Shown piece by piece: positions 1 through 12,900 of a stretch of 64,000 bases of DNA. Below the pieces are notes generated by a model, which did no database searches, was not told the DNA's origin, and saw nothing but the letters and a program-made list of their open reading frames with translations. Made by a program: the position numbers and the translations under genes. Source of the stretch: Chiloscyllium plagiosum (lineage: Eukaryota); NCBI RefSeq assembly GCF_004010195.1, contig NC_057719.1:57701023-57765022 (forward strand), written 5' to 3'. Numbering within the stretch: position 1 is the first letter of the stretch; each line of letters begins with the position of its first letter.

Positions 1-1040
1 TAGGAAGATCAGATTTAACCTTGTGCAGAGTCTTCTTCCCATTAGCAACTCTTGGTTGCATGAGGAGTAGTCCCATAATCGAATAGGTACCAGGACAATT
101 TGGTATCTAGTGAAGCTGTAGGCTATTTCTTTAAGCCTGCATTCAAAGTTTGGACTGCTCTTTCTGCCAGATCATTGGTTGATGGATGGTGTGGAGTTGT
201 CCTTATATGTTGAATACCATATGATTTTAGGAAATACTCAAATTCCCTGCTGGTAAACAATGGCCTGTTATCTGTAACCAACACTTCCAAGAGCCTGTGT
301 GTATTGCAAAAGATGCATGCAGTTTGTCTCAGCATCCCCGTGTTTGACGAATGAACTCTAAGCACATCCAACCATTTTCAGTGGGCGTCCACATTGACTA
401 AAAACATTGAGCCCATAGTCGATGTGTTACTGAGTCCATTCCCATGAATGTGGGGGTGTTGCTGGCAGTAATGTTTGTCCTTGTTGGCTCTCCAGGCACT
501 GCCCATTAAGGTGGCTATGTCTGCATCCAAACCTGGCCACCAGGCATAACCTCTCACCAACTTCTGCATTTTGGAAACCCCGGATGATGCTGGTAGAGTT
601 CAGCCACTATCTGGTTGCAACCTTTGCTCAGGGCAATCACTCTTGCTCCCCATAATAATATCCTGTCCTCTACTATGATCTGGTCTTTCGAGGAGGCATC
701 ATGTGTCAAGGTTTTAATTCTGGTTGTGATGGTTTTATGGTTTCCCCTGTCACCACCACAGTTCTGCCAGAACTAGATCTTTCTGTGCCCAAAGTCTGAT
801 ATTGTCAGCTGTGACCAGAATTGTGCTCAGAAAATTTGAAACCATTACGGATCTTCCACTTGTAGTATCACCACTAGCGGGAGGTGGCTTAAGGCATTCA
901 CATTTACTATTTAGCCTCTCAGACTGTGTTCCAACTCATAATTATAGGCACTCAATGTTAGAGCCCACTGATGAATTTGACCTGAAGCTATGGGTGTCAC
1001 TGCCTTGTCCTGTTTAAGTAAATCTAGTAGAGGTTTGAAG
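1..1040 (-). mobile_element. Degraded Gypsy-type LTR retrotransposon pol fragment (RNase H end plus integrase), running off the window edge
   Basis: Minus ORFs 378-569 (LVRGYAWWPGLDADI, integrase zinc-binding region) and 123-371 (VLVTDNRPLFTSREFEYFLKSYGIQHIRTTPHHPSTNDLAERAVQTL, rve core); ALSHLPL near 870; frameshifted. Confidence 0.9.
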
Positions 1041-1619
1041 TCCTATTGTTATCGGCCAGAGGCTGCAAGGAAGCAGCTATACTATAATGACCCAGCTTCC
1101 CTCAGCATGTGATCATCTGACTGCCTTCATTGGTTAGGTGATCAGCTGCCATGGAAAGTCAGGTCCAGCACCTATACAGGACTAAAGGCATGGTGACAGG
1201 GGGATGACAGCTTATAAACACTCCAGATGCCTCTTCCTCACAAGGAGAGCCAGAGGAGGTACCACAGAGAGGTTATTCAGAAGTCTCCTCTCAAGAAACT
1301 CCAGAAGTAATCTGGTCTTCCAGCTCATTTGACCCACACCCCCTCTGATCCTTGGAAGTTGAAATCCAAGGAGAGTTCACATGCATCTCACAAGAAGAAC
1401 CTCTGCATGTCTAGGCCATCCAGATACAAATGCCTGAGGCAATCCAATCAAATCTCCAAGGCTTGCCGCATTGGGACGCACTGCCGAGTAGGCTGTCTCT
1501 CCACCTTAGCTGTGGAATCAGGGATTACACTAAGACACAGTGAGATGGAGAGAAAGAAAAATATCTATTGAGGGCACTTTGGTGGCACGGGGCAACTTTC
1601 ATGTTTGTGTAGTTTTCAT

Positions 1620-1878
1620 AATACAGAACAAGGTAAATATATGCTTTGAGAAAAATAAATTAACATTAGACAGTCAACATGGCTTTGTCAAGGGCAGGCC
1701 ATGGCTGACATTTAATTGAGTTCTTTGATGAAGTGTCACAGACAGTGAATGATGGTAATGCTATTGATGGTTGTTTTTGATCTTTCAGCAGGTATTTGAT
1801 ATCATGCTACATGGCAGGTTGGTTTGCAAATTAGAAATGTTTAGGATTATGAGCAGCAAGGCAAGCTACCTGGATGTG
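1620..1878 (+). mobile_element. Old CR1 LINE RT fragment
   Basis: agtcaacatggctttgtcaagggcagg encodes SQHGFVKGR, similar to the CR1 copies at 29.5 kb and 35.9 kb. Confidence 0.75.
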
Positions 1879-1879
1879 T

Positions 1880-2340
1880 CACTTCACTATTTGGCAAGAC
1901 ATGGATGCTGCGTGCATGCAGTGAGGCACTAAGTGAGTAAGCATTGAAAGAGCAATGGAATATCTCTGTGAGGTGGGTAGCCATCCCCTGTGCACAAAAT
2001 GCCCTTGCAACAACGTTTCAATTCTAGTTGCTGGTATGCACTGCAAGTCTGGTTCCTGAGCAGTTTGCAACCGGATTGGAGAGGTGTCATCATGACCATG
2101 AGGGGTTGACAATGTCTGTAAATAAGGGATGGATATCATTGGTCCCTGTGGATCATGCCCTGAGATGTTATATGGTGATGAGCAACATGGAGGCTGATCA
2201 CACCCATGTAGAGATTTCTCAATTTCTAGCTCATTCAGCATGTTTGCCAAGCTAGGAAGCTGAACATTAGTGAGACGGGTTCACCATTAATAAGGTGTTT
2301 AATAAGCTTTAATCTCCCTTAACTGGCAACTCACCACTGC
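1880..2340. repeat. Old interspersed repeat, possibly Harbinger-associated; inverted copy at about 5480-5960
   Basis: Reverse complement of 1990-2050 aligns with 5801-5860 (shared cattttgtgcac); gagaaatctc block also shared. Confidence 0.55.
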
Positions 2341-2479
2341 CTAGCAAGAAATTCAGTTTGTTGCTGAGCAAAAGCATAAATGATGCAGTGAGATTCTCCT
2401 GACATCGAGATGGACTTCATCAACCTTCTTGTCTGATTCTGTCTCACATCTTGCATTGGTCCATACTGCTCAGACTCCT

Positions 2480-3900
2480 ATAATATTCTATCCCAGTATT
2501 CCAGATATGGTCTCAGTACAGTGCAAACCATTAGTAACAAGACATCTGTCGTCTTGTTCTCCACTACCCTTGCAATAAAAACCAACATGCTGTTTACATT
2601 CCAATTGCTTGCTTTACCTCCATGCTAACTTTGTGTTCCTTGTATAAGCACACCAAAGTATCTCTGAACACCAACATCTAAATATTTCACATTTTTTATA
2701 AATATTCTGCTTTTTTGTTCTTTTTATCAAAGTGGCGAACTAACACTTCCCCATCCTGTATACTTAATTTATCCAATGCATGTTGATATAAGTTGTTTTT
2801 CTTTGCAGACTCTTTCTGACCTCCCTACAGTTTACCTCTAGCTTTGTATCATCAACAAATATATACATTGCTGTCTTTCTATTCTTCTAAGTTATTAATA
2901 AAGATTCTAAATAGCTCATGCTCCAACATGGATCCTTGCACGCTCTACTAGTCACAGCTTGATAATGTAAAAATGCACTGTTTGTCTTCTATCCAATAAC
3001 CAGTCCTCTATCTGAGATCATATAATATCCCCAACACCATGCACCCTTATCCTAGGCTCCATGAGTTTTTTTGAGTGGCCCTTATCAATTGCCTTTTGGA
3101 TATCTAGGTTCATTACATCTATTGGTTTTCCTTTATTCACTCAATTACTTACATCTTTGAAACACTCTAATAATGTTTTTCCCTTCAGAAAGCCACATGC
3201 ACTTGTTCTAATCATAATCTAATTTTCCAAGAGACTATGTTAACAATAAATTCCAGAATTTTCCTAACTGTCAATCTCAGGCTAATTGGTCTGCTGCTCT
3301 TTATTTTCCCCCTTCCTTCTTTCTTAAACTGCAGTGTTGCTATTTGTCAACTACTAATCTGATGGCACCATTCCGAAACATAAAGGATCTTGGAGAACCA
3401 CAGCTAACACGTTCACTGTCTCTGCAGGGATTTATCAGATTATCAACTCTTAATTTCTCCAACATTTCTTTGTGACATTAATTAACTTAAATTCCTAACA
3501 TTTTTAGCTCCTGGGTTACCCTCATTTCTGGAATGCAACTTATTTATTCCACTGCAGGACACGAGACAAAATATTTGTTCAATGCCTCTGCCTTGCCTTA
3601 TTTCCCATGATAATTTCTATTTCTGCTTCCAAGGGACCAATGTTTATTTTAGCTACTCTCTTCCTCATACTTATAAAAGCTCATATGATCTGTTTTTATA
3701 TTTCTGGCTTGTTTACCTTCATATCTGTCTTTTCCCTTTTTTATTGACGTTTTCATTTTCTTTGGTTTTTAAAACACTTCCAATCCTCAGAATTGCTACT
3801 GTCCTTTGCAAAATTATAACCCATTTTTTAATATAACTACCTGAGTAAGTCACAGATGTGCCTTTCTTAATTCTGAAGTCCCCTTTCTGTGTCATAAAAC
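2480..3900 (-). mobile_element. Highly degraded CR1 LINE ORF2 fragment
   Basis: Antisense CR1-like stretches (ccagatatggtctc, caggctaattggtctg, gacaaaatatttgttcaatg) resembling the younger minus-strand CR1 copies in this window. Confidence 0.65.
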
Positions 3901-3990
3901 TTTGAACTGCTCTTAGCACAATAACTTCTTACAAAGCAATATTCCACAACAGTAAAGCAGATGAATGATGATAAACAATCAGACATAAGT

Positions 3991-4316
3991 GTCTGCAGTC
4001 CTCACTTTCTCCTAGAAGATTTTAACCTACTGCGAATCCTCTTGCAAGGATGCCTTCCTTGAAGAAGCTCTCTTCCTCCCTCCACAAGGATTTCAGTGAG
4101 TCCCTCTCTCACTGCACACCCCAGGTCATCTCCTCTGCCCAGAAGCTCTTCAGCATTTCCAACGCCCCTCCCCCAAGTCCCTCCTCCCTACCTTTTATCT
4201 TAGCCTGCTTGGCACACATTCCTCATTCCTGAAGAAGGGCTCATGCCTGAAACGCTGATTCTCCTGCTCCTTGGATGCTGCCTGACCTGCTGCACTTTTC
4301 CAGCAACACATTTTCA
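3991..4316 (+). mobile_element. Internally deleted Penelope-like element with hammerhead motif
   Basis: 14-bp TSD AATCAGACATAAGT (3977-3990, 4317-4330); 3' part matches 50560-50720; CTGAAGA-AGGGCTCATGCCT-GAAAC. Confidence 0.85.
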
Positions 4317-5008
4317 AATCAGACATAAGTCCCAGGTTCACTTTCCAAATTAAAAAAGTCAACTTTCATTGCTACTTGCACCTTGTAAGAGTTATGCTCT
4401 TGGGCCAGGGCTTGGAACTTAATGTTCCTGGCCTTGGACTGAGGCAATTTGAAAAGCCACTCATGCCATACTTGGCTCTGAAGACACTTGCCATGGACAA
4501 GCAGCAGTCAGTCCATAAAGAGTAGAATATTTGTCAACATAGTTTGGTTAATTCTATACCCAATTCCACACAAAACGAGCAGTGAAGAAAGCTACACTTA
4601 CCTATTCAACCATTGCATGCAGATGTATACACTGCATAGTCAGGTGGGAAAAGAATTTGCAGTCAAGTATGTTTGACAGATGGGGTGGAGGAGAGGGGAT
4701 GATGTGTCTTCACCTTCAACACTGCAACAGTGGTGCCATTACAGCACCCAAACTCCTCAGATCTGCACTGTGTTAAACATTCGTAAATGCAGGTTTAAAA
4801 AATGCCCATAGACTATTTTAATGCATCATTCTTTTAAGTGTACTAGTGACATTAAAAGTGAATTAACTTCTTTCTTGATGACCACGATCACAGAAAGGGT
4901 AGTTTATTCTTGGAAGAGACTAACTAAGTGGGTCACTTGAAACCTTCCAACAGTCCCCTTAAGAACATGGATAGCCATCAATTGAGAATCCCTGACTATA
5001 TTATACAG

Positions 5009-5217
5009 CCAAAGATGTGCAGTCCAAAGATGTACAAGTTAGGTGGATTGGCTATGCCAAATTGCCCCCTAATGTCCAGGGATGTACAGGCTAGGTAAAT
5101 GTGGGGTTACAGGGATAGGGTTGGGGGTTGAGTCTGTATGGAATGCTCTTCTGAGGGATTCGATAAGCTAAATGGCCTCTATCTACACTGTAGGGATTCC
5201 ATGATTCTATGATTCTA
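5009..5217 (+). mobile_element. 5'-truncated HE1-like SINE
   Basis: gtccaaagatgt..aggtggattggc..aaattgccc central domain and (ATGATTCT)n tail. Confidence 0.75.
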
Positions 5218-6355
5218 GCCAGCAGCATAACAGCTCTTCTGCTGCTCCTTAACTTGAACAAAAACATTCAGGACAGCATCTTAGAGGAATGACACGGGCT
5301 ATGGCAAGATTGGTGGTAGAATTGGATGAGAAGTCCAGCAAGGCCTATCTTGGCATAAGGAAGATCTTGGTCCACCTGTTAGATATTTTCTAATCAATCT
5401 GTTCAGGGATGTTATGACATACTCCTGAGCAGTTAGGACTTGGTACTGGGTTTCCTGAGCTCAGATGCTTTTCACAAATGTTGTGGTGAGTTTATTGGTG
5501 GGCAGTGATGAATAGCCAAGTAAGAGGGATTATTATTTGTTAAATGCCTTGTTAATGACTCAACTGATCTCATTGATTTTCAGCTTCCATTCTTATCAAA
5601 AATGCCAGTCAAGCTAGATGTTGAGAAATCTCGACACAGAAGTCTGACAAAGTTAGTTCACCACTTACTTCAAATGACCTCCAAATTACATAAGACCAAA
5701 CAGCATTTCAAGGAATAATGTATGAGCACTGCTTATCCATGGACAGTGGCATCATGATCTCTCTTTGATACACTTCCAGGTTGTTTCGGAAACATAGTTT
5801 GAATTGCAGGGCACACGGGCGACTAACATTGAAAGACTGCAGCAGGGACATTTTGTGCACAGGAACTGGCATTCAGTTTACAGATCGGAGAAGACTACAG
5901 CTTAGGGCTGCTCATTTGCTCTCTTAGTGCTTGTACACTTCATGCCTACCCCCAATATCCCTGCCTTGCCTTGCTGTGCCATACTGTGCTTGTTATCAAG
6001 TTGGTGCTTCAGTCAGATCTATAGACTATCAGCACTGATGTACTAATATGACCTTTAGCACAGAGACAGGCTGTTTGTCATCGTGTCACTAGTGATCAGT
6101 CTAAGGGTGCTGGTATACATCTTGAGGTGTGACAATACCAAGACATCAATCTAATACCTACATGATATGTCAGCTGCTGCACAGCAAACACACTGCATAC
6201 ATTTTCAATCAAATGGCCATGCCAGAAACTCATGTGGGCTAATCCTGAGGTCAGTCAAGTATCTTTTGCACTTTGAGATCCTATTGTTTTGTCTCCTTAC
6301 GACTTTTCTTTCCTTTGACATTAGTCCAATATGAACCAGCATGACAATTTCCTTT

Positions 6356-7560
6356 ATAGAGTCATAGAGATGCACAGCATGGAAACAGACCCTTCGGTCC
6401 AACCCATCCATGCCAACCAGATATCCCAACCCAATGTAGTCCCACTTGCCAGCACCCAGCCCAAATCCCTCCAAACCCTTCCTATTCATATACCCATCCA
6501 AATGCCTTTTAAATGTTCAATTTTACCAGTCTCCACCACATCCTCTGGCAGCTCATTCCATACACGTACCAGCATCTGTGTGAAAAAGTTGCCCCTTAGG
6601 TCTCTTTTATATCTTTCCACTCTCATCCTAAACCTATACCCTCTCATTCTGGACTCCCCCACACCAGGGAAGAGACTTTGTCTATTTACCCTATCCATGC
6701 CTCTCATAATTTAGTAAACCTCTATAAGGTCACCCCTCAGCCTCCGATGCTCCAGGGAAAACAGCCCCAGCCTGTTCAGCCTCTCCCTATAGCTCAAATC
6801 CTCCAACCCTGGCAACATCCTTGTAAATCTTTTCTGAACCCTTTCAAGTTTCACAACATCTTTCCGATAGGAAGGAGACCAGAACTGTATGCAATATTCC
6901 AACACTGGCCTNNNNNNNNNNNNNNNNNNNNNNNNNNNNNNNNNNNNNNNNNNNNNNNNNNNNNNNNNNNNNNNNNNNNNNNNNNNNNNNNNNNNNNNNN
7001 NNNNNNNNNNNNNNNNNNNNNNNNNNNNNNNNNNNNNNNNNNNNNNNNNNNNNNNNNNNNNNNNNNNNNNNNNNNNNNNNNNNNNNNNNNNNNNNNNNNN
7101 NNNNNNNNNNNNNNNNNNNNNNNNNNNNNNNNNNNNNNNNNNNNNNNNNNNNNNNNNNNNNNNNNNNNNNNNNNNNNNNNNNNNNNNNNNNNNNNNNNNN
7201 NNNNNNNNNNNNNNNNNNNNNNNNNNNNNNNNNNNNNNNNNNNNNNNNNNNNNNNNNNNNNNNNNNNNNNNNNNNNNNNNNNNNNNNNNNNNNNNNNNNN
7301 NNNNNNNNNNNNNNNNNNNNNNNNNNNNNNNNNNNNNNNNNNNNNNNNNNNNNTCAAGTTTGTGAGACATGATTTCCCACGCACAAAGCCATGTTGACTA
7401 TCCCTAATCAGTCCTTGCCTTTCCAAATACATGTACATCCTATCCCTCAGGATTCCCTCCAGCAACTTGCCCACCACCGAGGTCAGGCTCACTGGTCTAT
7501 AGTTCCCTGGCTTGTCTTTACCGCCCTTCTTAAACAGTGGCACCACATCTGCCAACCCAA
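6356..7560 (-). mobile_element. 5'-truncated CR1 (HER1-like) LINE spanning gap 6912-7353
   Basis: VVPLFKKGGKDKPGNYRPVSLTSVVGKLLEGILRD, SQHGFVRGKSCLTNL and [10 protein letters not shown]; 3' UTR at 6356-6480. Confidence 0.95.
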
Positions 7561-7909
7561 TGTCCAGCACATGTTCTGATACCTTTGTATCAGTAAGACA
7601 AGACGCTACGCAAGACTTGAGGCTGCATTTGCAGAAATATCTGCTTATCTTCATGACTATCGAATTGCCTTTGAATTATACACTGCTTCATTTCACTGTG
7701 TCCCATTGTACAGTCCTACCGTGCCACGCATCTTCCACAGACTGAAGTCCCTTGTGATATTATCATCTTTAATGGAGTTTACAGCTTCTACTGAAAATCT
7801 CATGGCAGATAGGAAGAATCTCAAAGTAAGTTTTAATGTCATATCTAAAGATATTAGTTCAGTTCCAAAAAAAAATGGATTATGGTACACTGATTCAGAA
7901 GTTCAAATT

Positions 7910-9520
7910 GCATGGAATCAATGGTGAATTGGCAAGTTGGATATAAAATTCACATGGCCATAGAAGACAGAGGGCAGTTGTGGAGGGGTGTTTTTTGACT
8001 GGAGGTGTGTGACCAGTGATGTTTTCCAAGGATCAGTGCTGGGACCTCTGTAATTGATGATATATATATATAAATGATTTGGATGAAAACGTCAGGGGTC
8101 TGATTCGCAATTTAACATATGATAGAAAATTTGGTGGAGTTGCGGATAGTGAGAAAGGATACTAAAGGATGCAACCGGATGTAGATCAGCTAAAAAATTG
8201 GGCAGAGAAATGGCAGATGGAAATTAATCTGGACAAGAATGAAGAGATGCATTTTGGGAAGTCCAATGTAAGAGGAAAGCTTACTGTAAATGACTGGATT
8301 CTTTGGAGTATTGATTTACAGATGAATTTTGGGGTCCAAGTCCATGCCCGCATATAAGTGGAAATTCAAAAGGATAAGGTGGTAAGGAAAATATATGGCA
8401 TGCTTGCCTTCATTGGTCAGGGCATTGAGTATAAAAGGTGGCAACAATTTAACATATGATAGAAAATTTGGTGGAGTTGCGGATAGTGAGAAAGGATACT
8501 AAAGGATGCAACCGGATGTAGATCAGCTAAAAAATTGGGCAGAGAAATGGCAGATGGAAATTAATCTGGACAAGAATGAAGAGATGCATTTTGGGAAGTC
8601 AAATGTAAGAGGAAAGCTTACTGTAAATGACTGGATTCTTTGGAGTATTGATGGATTTTGGGGTCCAAGTCCATGCCCACATATAAGTGGAAATGCAAGA
8701 GGATAAGGTGGTAAGGAAAATATATGGCATGCTTGTCTTTATTGGTCAGGGCATTGAGTATAAAAGGTGGCAAGTCATATTGCAACTGTATAAGAGTTTG
8801 GTCAGGCCACACTTGGAGTACTGTGTGCAGTTCTGGTCACCACACTATAGGAAGAATGTGGAGGTTTTGGAAAGGGTGCAAAAATAGTTACCGGGATGTT
8901 GTCTGGATTGGAGTGTATTAGCTATAAGGAGAACTTGGACAAATTTGGATTGTTTTCACTGTAGCATTAGAGGCTGAGGGGTGACCTGATATAAAATTAT
9001 GAGAGACGTGCATAGGGTAGATAGTCAGAGTCTTTTTCCCAGGGTAGAAGTGTCAAATTCCAGGGGGAAAATGCTTAAGGTGGGAGAGGGACCAATTAAC
9101 GAATATGAGCGAGGTAAGATGTTTACACAGAGGTGCAGGTGTCTGGAACATGCTGCCAGTGGAGGTGATAGAAACAACGTGCATAGGGTAGATAGTCAGA
9201 GTCTTTTTCCCAGGGTAGAAGTGTCAAATTCCAGGGGGAAAATGCTTAAGGTGGGAGAGGGACCAATTAATGGATATGAGCGAGGTAAGATGTTTACACA
9301 GAGGTGCAGGTACCTGGAACATGCTGCCAGTGGAGGTGATAGAAACAGATACAATATCAAAATTAAGAGGCACGTAGACAGCCACATGAACAGGCAGAGA
9401 ATGGAGAGATGTGGACCATGTTCAGGCAGATGGCATTAGTTTAGAATAGCATCCTGGTTGGCACAGGCATAGTAGGCTAAAGGGCCTGGTCCTGTGCTGT
9501 ATTATACTATGTTCTATGTA
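7910..9520 (+). mobile_element. CR1 LINE 3' fragment with two internal tandem duplications
   Basis: WAEKWQMEIN and YKSLVRPHLEYCVQFWSPHYRK motifs; repeat units of 337 bp (8108/8445) and 171 bp (9006/9177); ctatgttctatg tail. Confidence 0.92.
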
Positions 9521-9735
9521 ATAATGCCAATAATAAAAATATTGCTTGTCAATAATATTCACTTAGTTAGTTCCTAATGTTGTCATTGTGACCATTATCA
9601 AGATTGTAGATTCTTTATCATTATTTGAAATGTAAACAAAGGCATATATATTTAAGTCACATAAATTAGAATATGTGCTTTATCACTGGCCAAGGTTTGT
9701 TTAGGAATGATTCATTGTAAAATATAAAACTGTGA

Positions 9736-9934
9736 TCATTCAGTTATGAATTGGACATTCTGATTCTGAATGTGCAGAATAGTGAAAATTACTTCATCCT
9801 TATTCAAGAAAGTAATGTTCACCACATTGGTATGTGGTTTAGGCATGATGAGTTCTAAATGTGCACACAATTTCCCCTCTCTGCAATCACAGCCTGTTCC
9901 AGAAGTGAAACCTTGGAAATGAGTCATAATATAA
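9736..9934 (-). pseudogene. Isolated exon-like ORF with a SWIM-type zinc-finger motif (CxC-x5-CxH)
   Basis: Acceptor ttccaag at 9935; YIMTHFQGFTSGTGCDCREGKLCAHLELIMPKPHTNVVNITFLNKDEVIFTILHIQNQNVQFITE*. Confidence 0.4.
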
Positions 9935-12900
9935 CTTGGAATTATTCACACACTTTCAATTCAAACAAAATCATTGGTCAAAGACCTATTTAAGTTTGAA
10001 AGTCACCTATTTAGACCACTGACATCTGCACAACTGATTCTCTAATATGCATGAAAACCAGGACTAACTAAACTATTCATAACACTTTTTTTCAAACACC
10101 AGTAAACTTATTCTTATAATAAACTTAACCAATGTCATTCTCCAGCTTGTCTACCTCTGTGGGCCTCAGCTGCTGATCCTCATTAAATGTGTGCTTCAGG
10201 AAAAAAGCCATGTATCATATGTTTGCTGATGTCCCAGGATAGTAATACTAGCAGAAACTAATAAGATTCCCAACAATGCTGCTGAAAATTCATGTTTCAT
10301 TCCTGCAAGAGTTAGGCATGTTTGCTGATCTAGCAAGTCTCTTTGGACTTAATCACAAGAAAAGAAAGATCTCGCCATCCCTTATATTAAGAAAACAATT
10401 CACTCCAAAAAAGCTAGATTGAATGTTGGATCTCAAGAGTGCTTAAAAGATTTGGAACTGGCTCAAATTATGAAAGCCAACCTAACTCCAAAACAGTTCA
10501 AAAAACTAAAGGCTTTATTTCACATATTCAAATGAAAATAACTGATGATTTGAATTGAGCAACTTCCAATTAGGATTAAACTGTATATAAAATGATGTCT
10601 GACAGTATTTTGTGGTAGTTGTTTCCATGACCAGATGGGCTGGGGTGGTGAGCACAAAGAGGCAAAATGTGGGTAACGAGAGCTGGAAGAGCTGGGAGTA
10701 GGTAAAATTTTCTGTGGGTCCAGGAGGGGTATTTCAGTTGCTCTTGGACTTACTCCAAAAAAAAACTTTTCCTGAATCATTTTCTCAGAAGGCTCCTGCA
10801 GTCCCTTTAAGGACTGCTAGCTATTTACTACTGGTAAAAGTGAGCAATTCATGCAAATTGCTTGCACCAATGTTTTATACCCTAAAATTACAGTATTACA
10901 AGTGATTCCCACCTACTTTGGCTGCCAAAACCAGTACCTTTGTCTCAGATAGCTGTCGCTGAAGTGACAGCATAAATCAGGTAATGAGTAATTTAACACC
11001 CCATTTAGAAAGCATCCCTAGGTCCTTACTTTTCGTGGACAAATTGTTCTCCAGTGATATTCTCCAACAGCACAGCTTCGATTTTCAATACACTGAAGAT
11101 AACTACCATGTTAATCTTCCAATGTTGCTAAATTATTAGATTGTATTACTAGATGAGGGAAAGCTTCTTCCCATTAAACAGCAGAAAAATCAAAGCTCTT
11201 GTTTTCAGTCCCTACTTCAAATTCCATCCCCTAGCTATTGTTGCCATGCCTTTCCATGATAACTGCTTGTGGTTAAACCTATTTATAAACTTAGCAGCAT
11301 ATTTCAGATCTGAATGAATTTCTCACCACATATCTATATTTTGACTAGCTTTCCTGTTTCCACCTTCCTACTGTGGTTTCATACTTAATCATTTTTATGG
11401 ATTTGAGTTTGAAGAAATTATTTTACAAAGATCAATGAAAGCATAGTGGAACGTATTTTAAACAAGATAGCCACATGTTGCTTGTTGACTGCACACCCTC
11501 GGCTGAGTTTAAAACCGTCAGGTTGCAGCTTCTACATTGCAGATTGTTTGGATTGTTCAGTTGCTTGTCAGCCCAAGGAAGGAAAAGAGCTTCTCAGCAC
11601 AGCTCTAAAAAACCTTTTATTATAGGTCTAGTGTTGTACTTGATGTCCCATTGTAAATCCTGTTTGTTCTCCTGAAGAACATAAGGAAAAATCCTCAAAA
11701 CTGTTTTCTGAGCAAACTGCGTTTCAAAGATCCCAGACACATCTTGCTTGTCTTTGATGACATCAGTCCTTGTGCACCAGAACGTCTGACCAACAGCTGC
11801 CTGAACATTCCACACCTTGTCCTTTCGGCCTTAAAGAGCTACGACGTATTGGTCAAAAGTGTTTTTTCTTCCCAAAGAGAATCTCTTCAGAGAAAAGTCA
11901 ATTATTCTTCCTCTGGTGTGTGTGTGTGTGTAGGTTTTTTTAGAGGAACAAACATTTACAATATCATACTACATACTCAATGTGTTAACCAGTTTTAAAT
12001 TGCCATTGAATAAGTTTAGTTTATATTAAATCAATAATTTTGCATTTATTATAAAATCCTGGTTTATTTATCTTTCTAAGTCTAATAGAGAAAAAGCACA
12101 TTTAGAACTAAGTAAAACAATAAATTTATGCTGTGATCTGCATAGTGGCATTAAAGAAAGACAAAGCATTTCTCCCATCTCATTCATAGCATCATAGTGG
12201 AGGCACTAATTGGAAATGGAGTAATAATAATTGGAAAAGCAAATAAAATAAATACACCAAGTTTCTTGTCCATTACTAAATTAAAATGGCTTTGACAGTT
12301 GCTAAGACTTATCTAGATCGGAAGATTTATCTTTAAGTGATGTGTAAAAGGTAACCAAGACACATTCGTGGATAAATTGAAGTTAGAATTAATCATTGAA
12401 GCAAGGGAAGGAAAGATAAATGGATTAGTAGCAAAGCATTTTAAACTGGAAGAAGGGAAAAAGCAAAGTAGATGATAATTCAGGTAAGTAAGCAGGAATT
12501 CAGTTGCAGACGAAACCATTTAAACAGGAAAAAGAGTTGGAAATGAAAGGAACCTTAGAAATAAGGAAAAAGAACCAGCTGTTAAAAATTCTGAATTAGA
12601 ATTGTAATGATAATGACAAAATGGTAAAAGAACGATGAGAAGGGAAAATAGAAAGAAGACAATCTGGCTTAAAAAGGCTGGAATTATAAAAAGGGCTTCT
12701 AACTCAGTGGAAAATTCTAAGAAGGAAAGTTTTTGAGAGGGAAAGAACTGAGTCCAATCCATGGCCAAGTAGGGAGGTGTTTGTGCAAGCCCTTGCTAAA
12801 ACTTGATGAACGAATGTGGAGGCATTTTTATTTCATTTGACAAAATAACTAAGCAGATTAGGTGGCAGAAAGAAATCTAGACACTGATCAAGCAAAGCAG

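Larger units (their letters stand above)
3917..10530 (+). pseudogene. Candidate decayed multi-exon gene, unidentified helical/TPR-like protein; putative exons about 3917-4643, 4900-5390, 6325-7825 and 10146-10530
   Basis: Removing the TSD-flanked insert at 3991-4330 restores an open frame of about 86 codons (MNDDKQSDISPRFTFQIKKVNFHCYLHLVRVMLLGQGLELNVPGLGLRQFEKPLMPYLALKTL); strong acceptor ending 6324; frame RRYARLEAAFAEISAYLHDYRIAFELY..NLK ends at donor AAA|GTAAGT (7825); acceptor ctccag at 10145; stops, frameshifts and TE insertions throughout. Confidence 0.45.

Noticed and set aside
6678..7654. Long ORFs of 158-267 aa
   Set aside because: Artefacts of reading through the N gap at 6912-7353; the flanks are CR1
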